Shown one piece after another: positions 1 through 8,592 of a stretch of 64,000 nt of DNA. This DNA is from Polyangiaceae bacterium (GTDB lineage Bacteria; Myxococcota_A; Polyangia; Polyangiales; Polyangiaceae): positions 1 through 64,000 of the forward strand of contig CBDCTZ010000015.1 in the NCBI GenBank assembly GCA_965222375.1, given 5' to 3'. Below the pieces are notes generated by a model. The model searched no databases. It was not told where the DNA came from and was given only the letters and a program-made list of their open reading frames with translations. The translations under genes were made by a program, and so were the position numbers. Each line of letters starts with the position of its first letter. Positions within the stretch are counted from its first letter, which is position 1.

Positions 1-2
1 AA

Positions 3-1106
3 GAGGTGGGTCGCCTCAGCAAGCCCGCGTCGGCCGAGCAACTCACAGCCCCCGCTCCTGGCTCCCAAGCCCAAGCGAAAGCGGCTCCCACCCCAGGCAG
101 TCCGAAACCGGCAACCACACCGCAAACTGCTGCTACGGAGAGTCCAAAAGGGGAAGCTTCGACAGCGGCAGCTACAGTCGCGAACCCAAACGCAGCAACC
201 ACACCGCCAACAGCTGCAGCCAGCGCGTCGGTTCGCCACGTGGATCCGGCCGCGAGCTGGCTGCCGCGGGTCGGTGGCGTGCCGACCAGTCGTCGCTTTG
301 CGCCGGCGGTGGCCGTTCAGGTCGAGATGCTGTTCGACGAACGTCGGGTCAAGCTGAAACACACCGAGGCGTTCGAAGCGATCGTCTTCCCCCTGGATGC
401 GGGCTTCAACGACCGCGCCCTGCACATCGTCGATCACGACCCCAGAGACTTCCGCAGCGCGTCCTTGGAGGGTGCGAGCTTCCTGCCATCGCCGGCTCTC
501 AGCGACAAGGCGCTGCTGACGAAACTGAAGCGGGAGCTCATAGAGTACTTGCTACGTTCACAACTCCGCACCGCCTTCAAGAACGCGGCCCTTGGATTGG
601 TCTCGCGAGTGGGCGAAGACCACGCCGCCTTCAGTGCGCGTTGCCAAGCAGAGGTCGAGCGCCAAGCCAACGAGCGAGCCCAGAAGCTCCACGCCAAGTA
701 CGCGAGCCGCATCGAGAAGGTGCAGAGCCAGGTGCGCGCTTTGCAGCAGGAAGCCCAGGACGCCCAACTGTCAGCACAGACTCAGGGTCGTCACGAACTC
801 TTATCCGGCGTCGGAGACTTCGTGGGCCTATTCTCCAGCGGACGCAAGACCACCGCAGGCCTGTCGCGCATGGCATCCCGCCGTTCCAAGGCCCGCGCCT
901 CCAGCGCCCGCGCTGCCAAGGCCCTAGCGCGTGCCCAAGAAAAGCATGCGGAGGTCGCCAAACTCGAAGACGAACTATCTAGCGAAGTCTCGAGCATGTA
1001 CGAAGCGCTTCAGCGCAAAGGCGCTGAGATCGAGGCCATCGACGTGCATCTCGAAAAGGACGACATCCGAGTTGTCGACGCCAGCGTGATCTGGTTGGGG
1101 GTTTAG
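3..1106 (+). CDS. C-terminal part (5' truncated by window) of a probable HerA/DUF87-like ATPase with coiled-coil tail
   Basis: Frame is open from the window edge. An Ala/Pro/Thr linker is followed by a coiled-coil tail ending '...HLEKDDIRVVDASVIW', resembling C-termini of HerA-like ATP-binding proteins. The ATPase motifs are outside the window. Confidence 0.5.
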   Translation, partial: EVGRLSKPASAEQLTAPAPGSQAQAKAAPTPGSPKPATTPQTAATESPKGEASTAAATVANPNAATTPPTAAASASVRHVDPAASWLPRVGGVPTSRRFAPAVAVQVEMLFDERRVKLKHTEAFEAIVFPLDAGFNDRALHIVDHDPRDFRSASLEGASFLPSPALSDKALLTKLKRELIEYLLRSQLRTAFKNAALGLVSRVGEDHAAFSARCQAEVERQANERAQKLHAKYASRIEKVQSQVRALQQEAQDAQLSAQTQGRHELLSGVGDFVGLFSSGRKTTAGLSRMASRRSKARASSARAAKALARAQEKHAEVAKLEDELSSEVSSMYEALQRKGAEIEAIDVHLEKDDIRVVDASVIWLGV

Positions 1107-1435
1107 GGGTCGGTTCACGGGGCCAAGCAGGGCCACTACTCTCGTATAGGGCCAAGCGGGGCCGCGGCCGCCCGGTGACCGGTTGGGCTCCGCCCTCTCG
1201 AATTCAGAGGTGCACTGGCCACTCTGAACCAGCGTCGAGCACCCCGGCGGCGCTGCGGAATCGTTGTAGAGAATGCCGCTGCGCAAACCGGGTGCACCTC
1301 CCAGCGCCTCGAATCAGTTGGCAATTCGCTAACGTTTAGCCATGGCGTCGCCACCCCGCTGATCCACCTTTTCTCGGGTAACTTCGCCGGCACATAGCGT
1401 GCACAGCGCCTCATGCCGGCGTGAGGTAGAATTGA

Positions 1436-2278
1436 ATGGCGATGTCACAAACCCCCGTCAGCGTGTCGCTGCGGTACCCCGTCGAACCCCGTTGGGACGA
1501 CTGGATCATGCCCGAGGGCACGGTGCCTGAGGCCCGAGTGCACGATCTCGCGGCGCGCAGAATGGTGGAGCTGCTCGAGGCTTGGGTCGAGCGCACGGGC
1601 AGAGATGCGGCGGTGGCTCGCAACCTGGCGCTGCGTTTCTTGAAGGAGCGACCTAGGGTCGGCATCGACCCGGACATCTGTCTGATTTCTCCCAAGCCCG
1701 AAAGCGACCGCGATCTGTCCAGTTGGAAGCTGTGGGAGCCGAATCGTCCACCGCCACAAATCGCCGTCGAGGTGGTGAGTCGTTGGCATCCCAACAAGGA
1801 CTACGAGCGCATCCAAGAGCGCTACGCCTTCTGTCGAACCGCAGAACTCATCGTGCTCGACCCGGAACACTTCGGCCCGAAGCGCTTTGGCGGCCCCTAC
1901 CCCATTCAACAATGGCTGCTCCGCGAACAAGAACTCGAACGCACCTATGCCGGCGATGGACCGGTTTTTTCCGAGACGCTGAGCGCATGGGTGTTCCCGG
2001 AACCTCTACGCATCTGCGACCACCGCGATGGCAGCCGTCAGTGGCTCAGCCACGTAGAAGCCGCCGAAGCGCGCGCCGCCGATGAGCGGTCTGCGCGCGA
2101 AGCCGCCGAAGCGCGCGCCGCCGATGAGCGGTCTGCGCGCGAGGCCGCCGAAGCGCGCGCCGCCGATGAGCGGTCTGCGCGCGAGGCCGCCGAAGCGCGC
2201 GCCGCCGATGAGCGGTCTGCGCGCGAGGCCGCCGAAGCGCGGCTCGCCGAGTTGGAAAACAAGAGCCAAGGCGACTGA
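1436..2278 (+). CDS. Uma2 (DUF820) family putative restriction-type endonuclease with repetitive coiled-coil tail
   Basis: Motifs 'PEARVH', 'IDPDI', 'AVEVVS', 'KDY' are typical of Uma2 PD-(D/E)xK proteins. C-terminal AAEARAADERSARE repeats. Confidence 0.85.
   Translation: MAMSQTPVSVSLRYPVEPRWDDWIMPEGTVPEARVHDLAARRMVELLEAWVERTGRDAAVARNLALRFLKERPRVGIDPDICLISPKPESDRDLSSWKLWEPNRPPPQIAVEVVSRWHPNKDYERIQERYAFCRTAELIVLDPEHFGPKRFGGPYPIQQWLLREQELERTYAGDGPVFSETLSAWVFPEPLRICDHRDGSRQWLSHVEAAEARAADERSAREAAEARAADERSAREAAEARAADERSAREAAEARAADERSAREAAEARLAELENKSQGD
2057..2241 (+). repeat. 42-bp coding tandem repeat, about 4.4 copies (EAAEARAADERSAR)
   Basis: Unit GA(A/G)GCCGCCGAAGCGCGCGCCGCCGATGAGCGGTCTGCGCGC starts at 2057, 2099, 2141, 2183, with a partial copy at 2225. 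Confidence 0.95.
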
Positions 2279-2289
2279 CCTCGCGAGCA

Positions 2290-2470
2290 CGAGATTTGGG
2301 GGCACCGGTCTGTGCCAGGCCGAGATTGGGGCGCCCTGGAACACGGACGCGACGGTCTGCGCCAAGGCGAGATTGGGGCGCCCTGGAACACGGACGCCAG
2401 GGCGAGATTGGGGCTCAGCAAGACGCGCGCGGTCCCGATCTCCGAGCGCCTACGCGAGATTAGGGCACCA
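2290..2470. repeat. Intergenic cluster of short direct repeats (CGAGATT-GGGC core x5, including a 45-bp near-duplication)
   Basis: CGAGATT at 2290, 2321, 2368, 2403 and 2455. Segment 2306-2350 is nearly identical to 2353-2397. Confidence 0.8.
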
Positions 2471-2548
2471 GCGACGACCCAGCACCCCGTCGGATATCAC
2501 GAAGCGCGTCGCTCGACCCCAAACCAACCTGGAACCAATCCGCTATTG

Positions 2549-3601
2549 CTAGCGACTCAGAACCACTCGGCGTCGCGCAGTGAGGCAGGCATCGCTTTGA
2601 ACCGCGAAATTCCGGCAGGACTTGGGGCGCGAGTCATAGACCTTGCATCGGTAGGGCACGCCTTCGCTGCCATCGCCTGCAAGCACGACGCAGCGGCCAT
2701 CTGGGCGCGGAACGCGATAGCCCGCGCCATCTTGCTCCAGCAGGTCGAGGTGCTTTTTGGCCATGGGTTCGGCCTTGCCCACGAGGACCATGTGAAAGCC
2801 TTCACGGCAGCACGCGCCGCAGCGAGCGCACTCGGCTTCGCCGAACTGCGGCTCGAAGCGCTCGCAGCCGCGCTGGTTGGGCTCGATGGCCCGGGCCGCT
2901 TTCCCTTCCGCGCGGGTCTGGCGACAGCGAAACACGATCTTCTTGGTCCCGCCCGAGTAACACCAGGCGCAGTCGGCGCAGCGAACCTCCTCATCGAAGT
3001 GCAACGGAAAGCCCACGGCGTGCAGGGGCGACGACGACGCCCAAAGCGAGCTGCTCGGCGCATGACGCCCAGCAATGTCGGCCACGGCGCGGGTCGCACT
3101 GAGAGCGTCTTCGAGGATCCGGTTCAACTCGGACTCTCGGACGAACTGCAGCGCCATCCGAGACCGCTCGATGGCGGGATCAGACCCAGCCGCCATGGGG
3201 TCCTCAGGCAGCGCATCCCAGTAGGGGCGGTGATCGGTTGTGACAGCGAAGAACTCACGCAGCCCGTAGCGGCGAGCGAGGAAGGCCTGCAAGCGGTGGC
3301 AGGCGTGCTCCAGCACGAGATCGCGATCGTCCTCGTTGCCGAGGCCCCAATCGAGTTTCTCCTTGGCGCCCTCCCCTGCAACGGCAGCGTGGCAGAGCTC
3401 GTGGAAGATCATCTGCGCCAAGCTGTCGTCGGGGTCCAGGTGTTCATCCTTAGCGATGAACAGGCGCCCGTTGCCGCCGTAGCTAGCGTAGGCGTCGTCA
3501 CAACGCTCCACGTGAAGGCCGAACCGCTCAGCCGCCCGTAGCCAGATCTGCGAGACAGGGTCCAGGTAGGTCTTATCGGTTTTGCGCGAGAATTCGGTCA
3601 T
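2549..3601 (-). CDS. YkgJ-family CxxCxxCC cysteine-cluster protein with N-terminal HExxH domain
   Basis: C-terminal 'CARCGACC...C...CKVYDSRPKSCRNF'; central CxxCxxC; N-terminal 'HELCH'. Start chosen at ATG 3601. Confidence 0.75.
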   Translation of the reverse strand: MTEFSRKTDKTYLDPVSQIWLRAAERFGLHVERCDDAYASYGGNGRLFIAKDEHLDPDDSLAQMIFHELCHAAVAGEGAKEKLDWGLGNEDDRDLVLEHACHRLQAFLARRYGLREFFAVTTDHRPYWDALPEDPMAAGSDPAIERSRMALQFVRESELNRILEDALSATRAVADIAGRHAPSSSLWASSSPLHAVGFPLHFDEEVRCADCAWCYSGGTKKIVFRCRQTRAEGKAARAIEPNQRGCERFEPQFGEAECARCGACCREGFHMVLVGKAEPMAKKHLDLLEQDGAGYRVPRPDGRCVVLAGDGSEGVPYRCKVYDSRPKSCRNFAVQSDACLTARRRVVLSR

Positions 3602-3752
3602 GATGATGGCGCATCCTTGCTTCGACCTAGAGTAGCGTAGCGGAAGCACGCAAGAGCACAGGCGCTACTGCCGAATGCGTGTGCTCTCCTTGGAGCGATA
3701 GAGAGAATTGGGCAGCTCAAGGTCTCGCGTTTCTTCCTTGCACTCCAACCGC

Positions 3753-5120
3753 TCAGCCAAGCGGCACGAATGCCGCGAGGGTCGCCGCGGCGAAGGCCAA
3801 CGCGAAGCGAGGTAGGTTCTGAAAGCGATAGAAGCGCCATCCAATCAACAAGCTCAACAGAGCAAACAGCGCAAATGAAATGAGGGTGGTGACGGCAGCC
3901 GCGACGGCGCCGAAGCGCGGCACCAGAATCAAGTTGAGCCCGACGTTAACCACGGCCGGAATGACGAACGTGAGCAGCGTGAGCTGGGTGCGTTTGGCGT
4001 AGCCCATGCCTACCGCGAACAAATTCCCAGCAAGGAAGCAGAAGTTCCCGAGCAAGAGGAAGCTCAAGAAGTCGAGCCCGGCGCGATACTCGTCCGCCCC
4101 CAGAAGATCGTAGGCGAGCGAAGCCAGGGAACGAACACCGAGGATCGTTACGGCATGGATCAACAGGAATGACACGGCCTTTTTGGCGATCTTGGCGTCG
4201 CGGCCCGGTCGGTCGTCACGCATTTCCGCGTAGTAGAAGCGTGGCCAATCCAGAAGAGCTGATTGAGACACCAAGGCGACGACGGAGACAATGCTCAGCG
4301 AGAAAACGTAGTCTGCCGTGTCTCCCAAGGTGCTCAGCCGTCGCAGGACCGCGATGTCCGACGAGCTGAGCACCCAGCCCACGAAGAAGGTCACGGAGAG
4401 TGGGAGGGAAAAGGAAATCAGACCTCGGATCTCTTTCGCGTCCAGGCGCTGCGCACGCAAGCTGAGGATGCCGCTCTTGGCATATATGACCGCGGCCAAG
4501 GTGGCCGCGAGCGCGGCTGGTGCAGCGCCCGCCCAGAGTAGCTGAATCAGGCGAGCATCCGGACCGGGCGGCGGCGCCGGGAAGATCCTGGTCAGAAGCA
4601 GGATCGCGCACAAGTATCCTGCGCTCTCGATCATGCGGCAGACGAAATACAACACATAGTGGTTTCGTATTCGGATCAGGTAGTTGAAGAAGTTCATCGC
4701 CAGCGCGCCGGTAGTCACCAGGGCGAAGTAGGCGGCCCGCAGGGGTGAAAGCACGCCCGCCAGATGCAGAACAGCAACCGAAACCACAAGCACTATCGCG
4801 CCGTAGGCGTTCAACACGAACGTCGTGCTGACGAGTGTCCGCTGTGCTTCCACTTCGTCATCGCGCCGGTCAAAGTACATGCGCATCATCGCTTGCGGCA
4901 GCGAGAGCGTTAGAATGGGTACGAGTATGGCGGAGAGAGTGCCGAGAAACCCCCACTCGCCGTACTGTTCGCGCGTCACGAACGCGACGACGTAGCGAAT
5001 ACTGACGATCGAGATGAGCGCAGACGCCACCTGCGCGCCCAGGTAGAAGAAGAATGACGCGTCCTTCTTGTCGACCCATGCGCTGACTCGGCGCAACACT
5101 GATGCTTTGTCAGAGCTCAT
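3753..5120 (-). CDS. Wzx-like oligosaccharide/polysaccharide flippase
   Basis: 455 aa with about 12-13 hydrophobic segments; 'NVGLNLILVPRFGAVAAAVTT' is the Polysacc_synt_C signature; glycan locus context. Confidence 0.85.
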   Translation of the reverse strand: MSSDKASVLRRVSAWVDKKDASFFFYLGAQVASALISIVSIRYVVAFVTREQYGEWGFLGTLSAILVPILTLSLPQAMMRMYFDRRDDEVEAQRTLVSTTFVLNAYGAIVLVVSVAVLHLAGVLSPLRAAYFALVTTGALAMNFFNYLIRIRNHYVLYFVCRMIESAGYLCAILLLTRIFPAPPPGPDARLIQLLWAGAAPAALAATLAAVIYAKSGILSLRAQRLDAKEIRGLISFSLPLSVTFFVGWVLSSSDIAVLRRLSTLGDTADYVFSLSIVSVVALVSQSALLDWPRFYYAEMRDDRPGRDAKIAKKAVSFLLIHAVTILGVRSLASLAYDLLGADEYRAGLDFLSFLLLGNFCFLAGNLFAVGMGYAKRTQLTLLTFVIPAVVNVGLNLILVPRFGAVAAAVTTLISFALFALLSLLIGWRFYRFQNLPRFALAFAAATLAAFVPLG

Positions 5121-5240
5121 CGGGTCCAGCAGCCAGGGGCTCGCTCGGACTTAGCGCTGCGCGGCTGCGATGTCGACCCTGTGAGACGACGTGTGGCAAG
5201 GGCTCGACATCCCGGCTACGGAGCGATAGAGCTGAAGCCA

Positions 5241-6533
5241 ATGTCGCATGCGGACGCGGTCGTCGGCCGGCTCGCTTGGGAGCACACGCATCGCGAGTTT
5301 CTACCCGCACTCTTGTTGCTGCGCGCCCTGGCCGACCGTGGGATCCAAACTGAACTCTGCCACGTATCGAGTCTCCGCGAATCCGACCCCGGGCGCGAAG
5401 TACTGTTCTTCCCCTTCTACTACGACGACCTGGTTCGGGCTCACTACCTAGCCCAGGCACGTCTGGCCCACGCCTGGCTCGTGAACTTGGCGTACGAGCA
5501 GATGCACTTTCGATGCGGTCGCGGGTACTTGCTTCCAGACGGCCAGTTCGCCCGAGAAAGCATGCTCCACTGTGCATGGGGTCCACGCTTCCGTTCGCTC
5601 CTGATCGAACACGGGATCGCCGAGGAACGGATCTTCCTGACCGGCCATCCTCGCTTCGACATCTATAGCCATCCCAGCCTGCTGTTGGGGCGGAAAGCTC
5701 TCTCCCAGCGCTACGGGCTGCGCAAAGACGTACCGTGGGTGTTGGTGCCGTACAACTTCAACATGGCCTACATTTCTCCGGCGCAGCGCGAGCTGTTGGT
5801 CAAGCGCCGCTACGCCCTGACGCCGGAGTTCCTAGCAGGGTTTGGTCAGGCGAGGGACGCGTTTACCACGATGGTGCGGCAGCTTTCTGATCGCTTTCCC
5901 GAGACGGAGTTCATTCTGCGGGTACACCCTGCGGGCTTCGAGGCCGAGACGCTGTACCACGGAGAAACGCGCACCCGGTCGAACCTCTTCGTCATAGCCG
6001 ACTTCGACATTGCCAACTGGATCACCGAGGCAGCACTCACCATCGTGTGGAATAGCACCTCCTCGATGGAAGCCCTGGTGGCTGGGCGCCCGGTGGTGAG
6101 CTACGAACCTCAGCCATTCTCCGAAATCTTCGACTTCGATGTGAACCGGATCCTGACGACCTTCTCGTCTCTGGATGACGTCGTCTCATTGGTCGCTGAC
6201 CCGACCCAAAAGCTCGAATACGACTGGCCGCTGTTCGAATCATGGTACCAGCATCGAGATGGTCGAAACCAACAGCGCCTTGCTGACGTCGCGGTGCGCG
6301 CGAAAGACGAGTTCGAGAGATTCGAGTGTCGCTCCCGGGTGGCGCTGACACGGCATGCCGACCTCGGGTGGCGTTTGGAGCGCAAGCTTGGTCGAAACAG
6401 CCTAGCTCGGCGATTGGTGCAGAAGGTGTTTGCCCTCGATACGGTGGCAACCCATGATCCGCCGGACGCACGCGCCCTTGGTCTCGCGGTGTCCGAACTG
6501 AGTGTGTCGCCCGTGGGCGACTGGGCCAAGTAG
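5241..6533 (+). CDS. Surface carbohydrate biosynthesis protein (GT-B-like; candidate nonulosonic acid transferase)
   Basis: 'EHTHRE..LLL', 'AWG', 'TGHPRFD', 'LRVHP', 'NSTSSMEALVAGRPV' resemble TIGR04396/capsule-synthesis GT-B proteins. Confidence 0.7.
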   Translation: MSHADAVVGRLAWEHTHREFLPALLLLRALADRGIQTELCHVSSLRESDPGREVLFFPFYYDDLVRAHYLAQARLAHAWLVNLAYEQMHFRCGRGYLLPDGQFARESMLHCAWGPRFRSLLIEHGIAEERIFLTGHPRFDIYSHPSLLLGRKALSQRYGLRKDVPWVLVPYNFNMAYISPAQRELLVKRRYALTPEFLAGFGQARDAFTTMVRQLSDRFPETEFILRVHPAGFEAETLYHGETRTRSNLFVIADFDIANWITEAALTIVWNSTSSMEALVAGRPVVSYEPQPFSEIFDFDVNRILTTFSSLDDVVSLVADPTQKLEYDWPLFESWYQHRDGRNQQRLADVAVRAKDEFERFECRSRVALTRHADLGWRLERKLGRNSLARRLVQKVFALDTVATHDPPDARALGLAVSELSVSPVGDWAK

Positions 6534-6551
6534 AGGCGGGCGAGCGAAGTT

Positions 6552-8564
6552 TCAGTTTCCCGAGGGGCAAACATCGGGCATGCGGCCGCACAGGGCGAGA
6601 CGATCCCCGCCCGCGGCAAGAGACTGTTCGATCCATTGGGTCGCCCGCGCTTGCCAAGTTGGATCTTTCCAGAGGTTATTCTGCTCCAACGGGTCGTTTC
6701 GCAGGTCGTACACTTGAGCGGTGGGCTGATCGTTGGACACGATGACCTTGGTACGCCCGACAACCAGGAAGAACCCCTCGAGTGCCCACTCGCGGATCGC
6801 ACACGTGCTTTGGCCCGCAATCTTGTCAGTTTCGGGGACTGGCCCGACCAGGCTGCGCCCCACGAGGTTCGGTGGCTGGAGCAGCGGCTGGTCGCCCAAG
6901 CTTAGGAGATCCCGCACCGTCGGCAGAACGTCGAGGTTCTGCACGTTGCCCAAGTGCCACGCATCCAGCGCTGTCGCCCACTCGGGGTTTGCTGCGAGTA
7001 CTGCGGGGGGAACGCGGATCCAAAACGGGATGCGCACAGTCGGTTCATAGTATGCGCCAAGTCGATCGGGTTGCCTCCGCGGGATGATGTTCTCGCCGTG
7101 GTCTGACGTCGCCAGGACTACCGTCGTCGCGTCGAGGCCAAGGCGTTCGAGAGCCTGCATGATGCGGGCGACGAGTCCATCGATGTATTGCACCGCCATG
7201 CCATAGCGCTCGGTATCGCCGGGGGGACCAGCGAAGGCCGGTGTGCCCGGCCCCGCCCAACCGGGCAGGTGCGTGCCGTCGAAGTGGATTGCGCCCACAA
7301 ACCGCTCGCGCGAGGCCGCGAGACTCTCGAAGTGGCGAATCGCCTCGTCCGCGACAGCGCCGTCGTCGGCTGCGGTGCTGCCGATGGGAACTGCGCTGGA
7401 CAGTTCCGTGCCCGTGAGGGCGCGATCCACGTTTCCGTCAATGAAGTATTCGTCGAAGTGGCACCAGGAATACGCCTCCGCCGCGAAAAGAAACGTGTGC
7501 GCGCCAGTGGCCTTCCCGACGGACCACAGCGAATGGGCGCGTCCGTAGGCGTCGGCTGGACCGCCTGGATCGACCCCCGATAGGATGCTGGGGACACTCG
7601 ACTCCGTCGCCGTCGAATTTGTGCGCGCGAAAGGAAACACAAAGAAACCGTCCGCTCGCCGGGACGCGAGTGTCGATTGGTAGGGCGACAGCTTCTTGGC
7701 GTCGAGGGTTGTATTGGCGTAGTCCATGCCGTCGAAGACGACGTCTGCGCGCAACGACTCGTGTACCAACACCAGGATGTTCGGACGCGGCGCGGAAGGT
7801 GGCTTGTTGAGAGGAGGACGCACCGGCGCAACCAGGTGCCTACTGGAGGTGGCTTGGGTCAGCGCGTACTGAGCGATGGCGGCGGCGGCGTTTGCATCCA
7901 CGGGCAATGGGGACTGAAAGCCCGGAGCAATCAACACGAGGCCCGTGAGCACCAGGTATACCATCTGGCGAACTGCTCGCATCAAGCGCCTCCAGCGAGC
8001 GCTGGGCACCTCCACCTTGGGTCGCTCCACCGGCGCCAACAACCACCAGGCGACTACCCCGGTCGCGAGCACGGCGAGGGCGTCCTGCCAGGTGAGCCCC
8101 CAGGAGCCCAGGCGAATCAGCCATTTGGGCTCGGCTGCTACGAACTTCAACACCTGCCAGCTTGGCGCCTGATCGAAGGCTCGAAGGTAGGCGAAGCTCA
8201 AGGAAAAGAGCACGGCGATAGTGATAGCGGTAACGGCGCGAATTGCCCCGACAACCTTTGGTCTCGAGGAGAAGCGACTCACTACATTCGCGTAGAGCGA
8301 CCACGTCCCGAACGACCAGACGATGCCGAGCGTGTAGAGTGCCGCGTCTTTCAGCCCCCACCGCGTTGGATTTTCGTAGCCGACTGCACCCAGTCGAAAG
8401 CCAAAGTCCGTGAGTACTACAGCGACGGCGAATACCAATGCCCCATGTGTGCGTAAGCGTTGTCGGACCGCGCGGCGGATGCGGCCGCTAGTTGCAACGT
8501 TATCGGGGCTGGGCGGTGTATCCAACGCGCAACCAGTAGCACAATTGGAGAGCCTTGCTGTCAA
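6552..8564 (-). CDS. Membrane-anchored sulfatase-like transferase (LtaS/EptA/alkaline phosphatase superfamily)
   Basis: About 5 N-terminal TM helices, then 'NILVLVHESLRAD', Thr-containing 'STATESS', 'SDHGE' and 'YDLRNDPLE'. Start position uncertain. Confidence 0.8.
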   Translation of the reverse strand: MTARLSNCATGCALDTPPSPDNVATSGRIRRAVRQRLRTHGALVFAVAVVLTDFGFRLGAVGYENPTRWGLKDAALYTLGIVWSFGTWSLYANVVSRFSSRPKVVGAIRAVTAITIAVLFSLSFAYLRAFDQAPSWQVLKFVAAEPKWLIRLGSWGLTWQDALAVLATGVVAWWLLAPVERPKVEVPSARWRRLMRAVRQMVYLVLTGLVLIAPGFQSPLPVDANAAAAIAQYALTQATSSRHLVAPVRPPLNKPPSAPRPNILVLVHESLRADVVFDGMDYANTTLDAKKLSPYQSTLASRRADGFFVFPFARTNSTATESSVPSILSGVDPGGPADAYGRAHSLWSVGKATGAHTFLFAAEAYSWCHFDEYFIDGNVDRALTGTELSSAVPIGSTAADDGAVADEAIRHFESLAASRERFVGAIHFDGTHLPGWAGPGTPAFAGPPGDTERYGMAVQYIDGLVARIMQALERLGLDATTVVLATSDHGENIIPRRQPDRLGAYYEPTVRIPFWIRVPPAVLAANPEWATALDAWHLGNVQNLDVLPTVRDLLSLGDQPLLQPPNLVGRSLVGPVPETDKIAGQSTCAIREWALEGFFLVVGRTKVIVSNDQPTAQVYDLRNDPLEQNNLWKDPTWQARATQWIEQSLAAGGDRLALCGRMPDVCPSGN

Positions 8565-8592
8565 CTCACGAACGGATCCGAGGGACCGCCAC

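Noticed and set aside
2290..2470. Degenerate mini-CRISPR beside a nuclease gene
   Set aside because: The core is only about 11 bp, the spacing is irregular and the intervening sequences are duplicated rather than unique.
2312..3541. 409-aa plus-strand ORF and similar long shadow ORFs (e.g. 9232-10422, 20797-21852, 45543-46739, 52116-53276)
   Set aside because: They are antisense to well-supported genes, which is expected in high-GC DNA, and carry no recognisable motifs.
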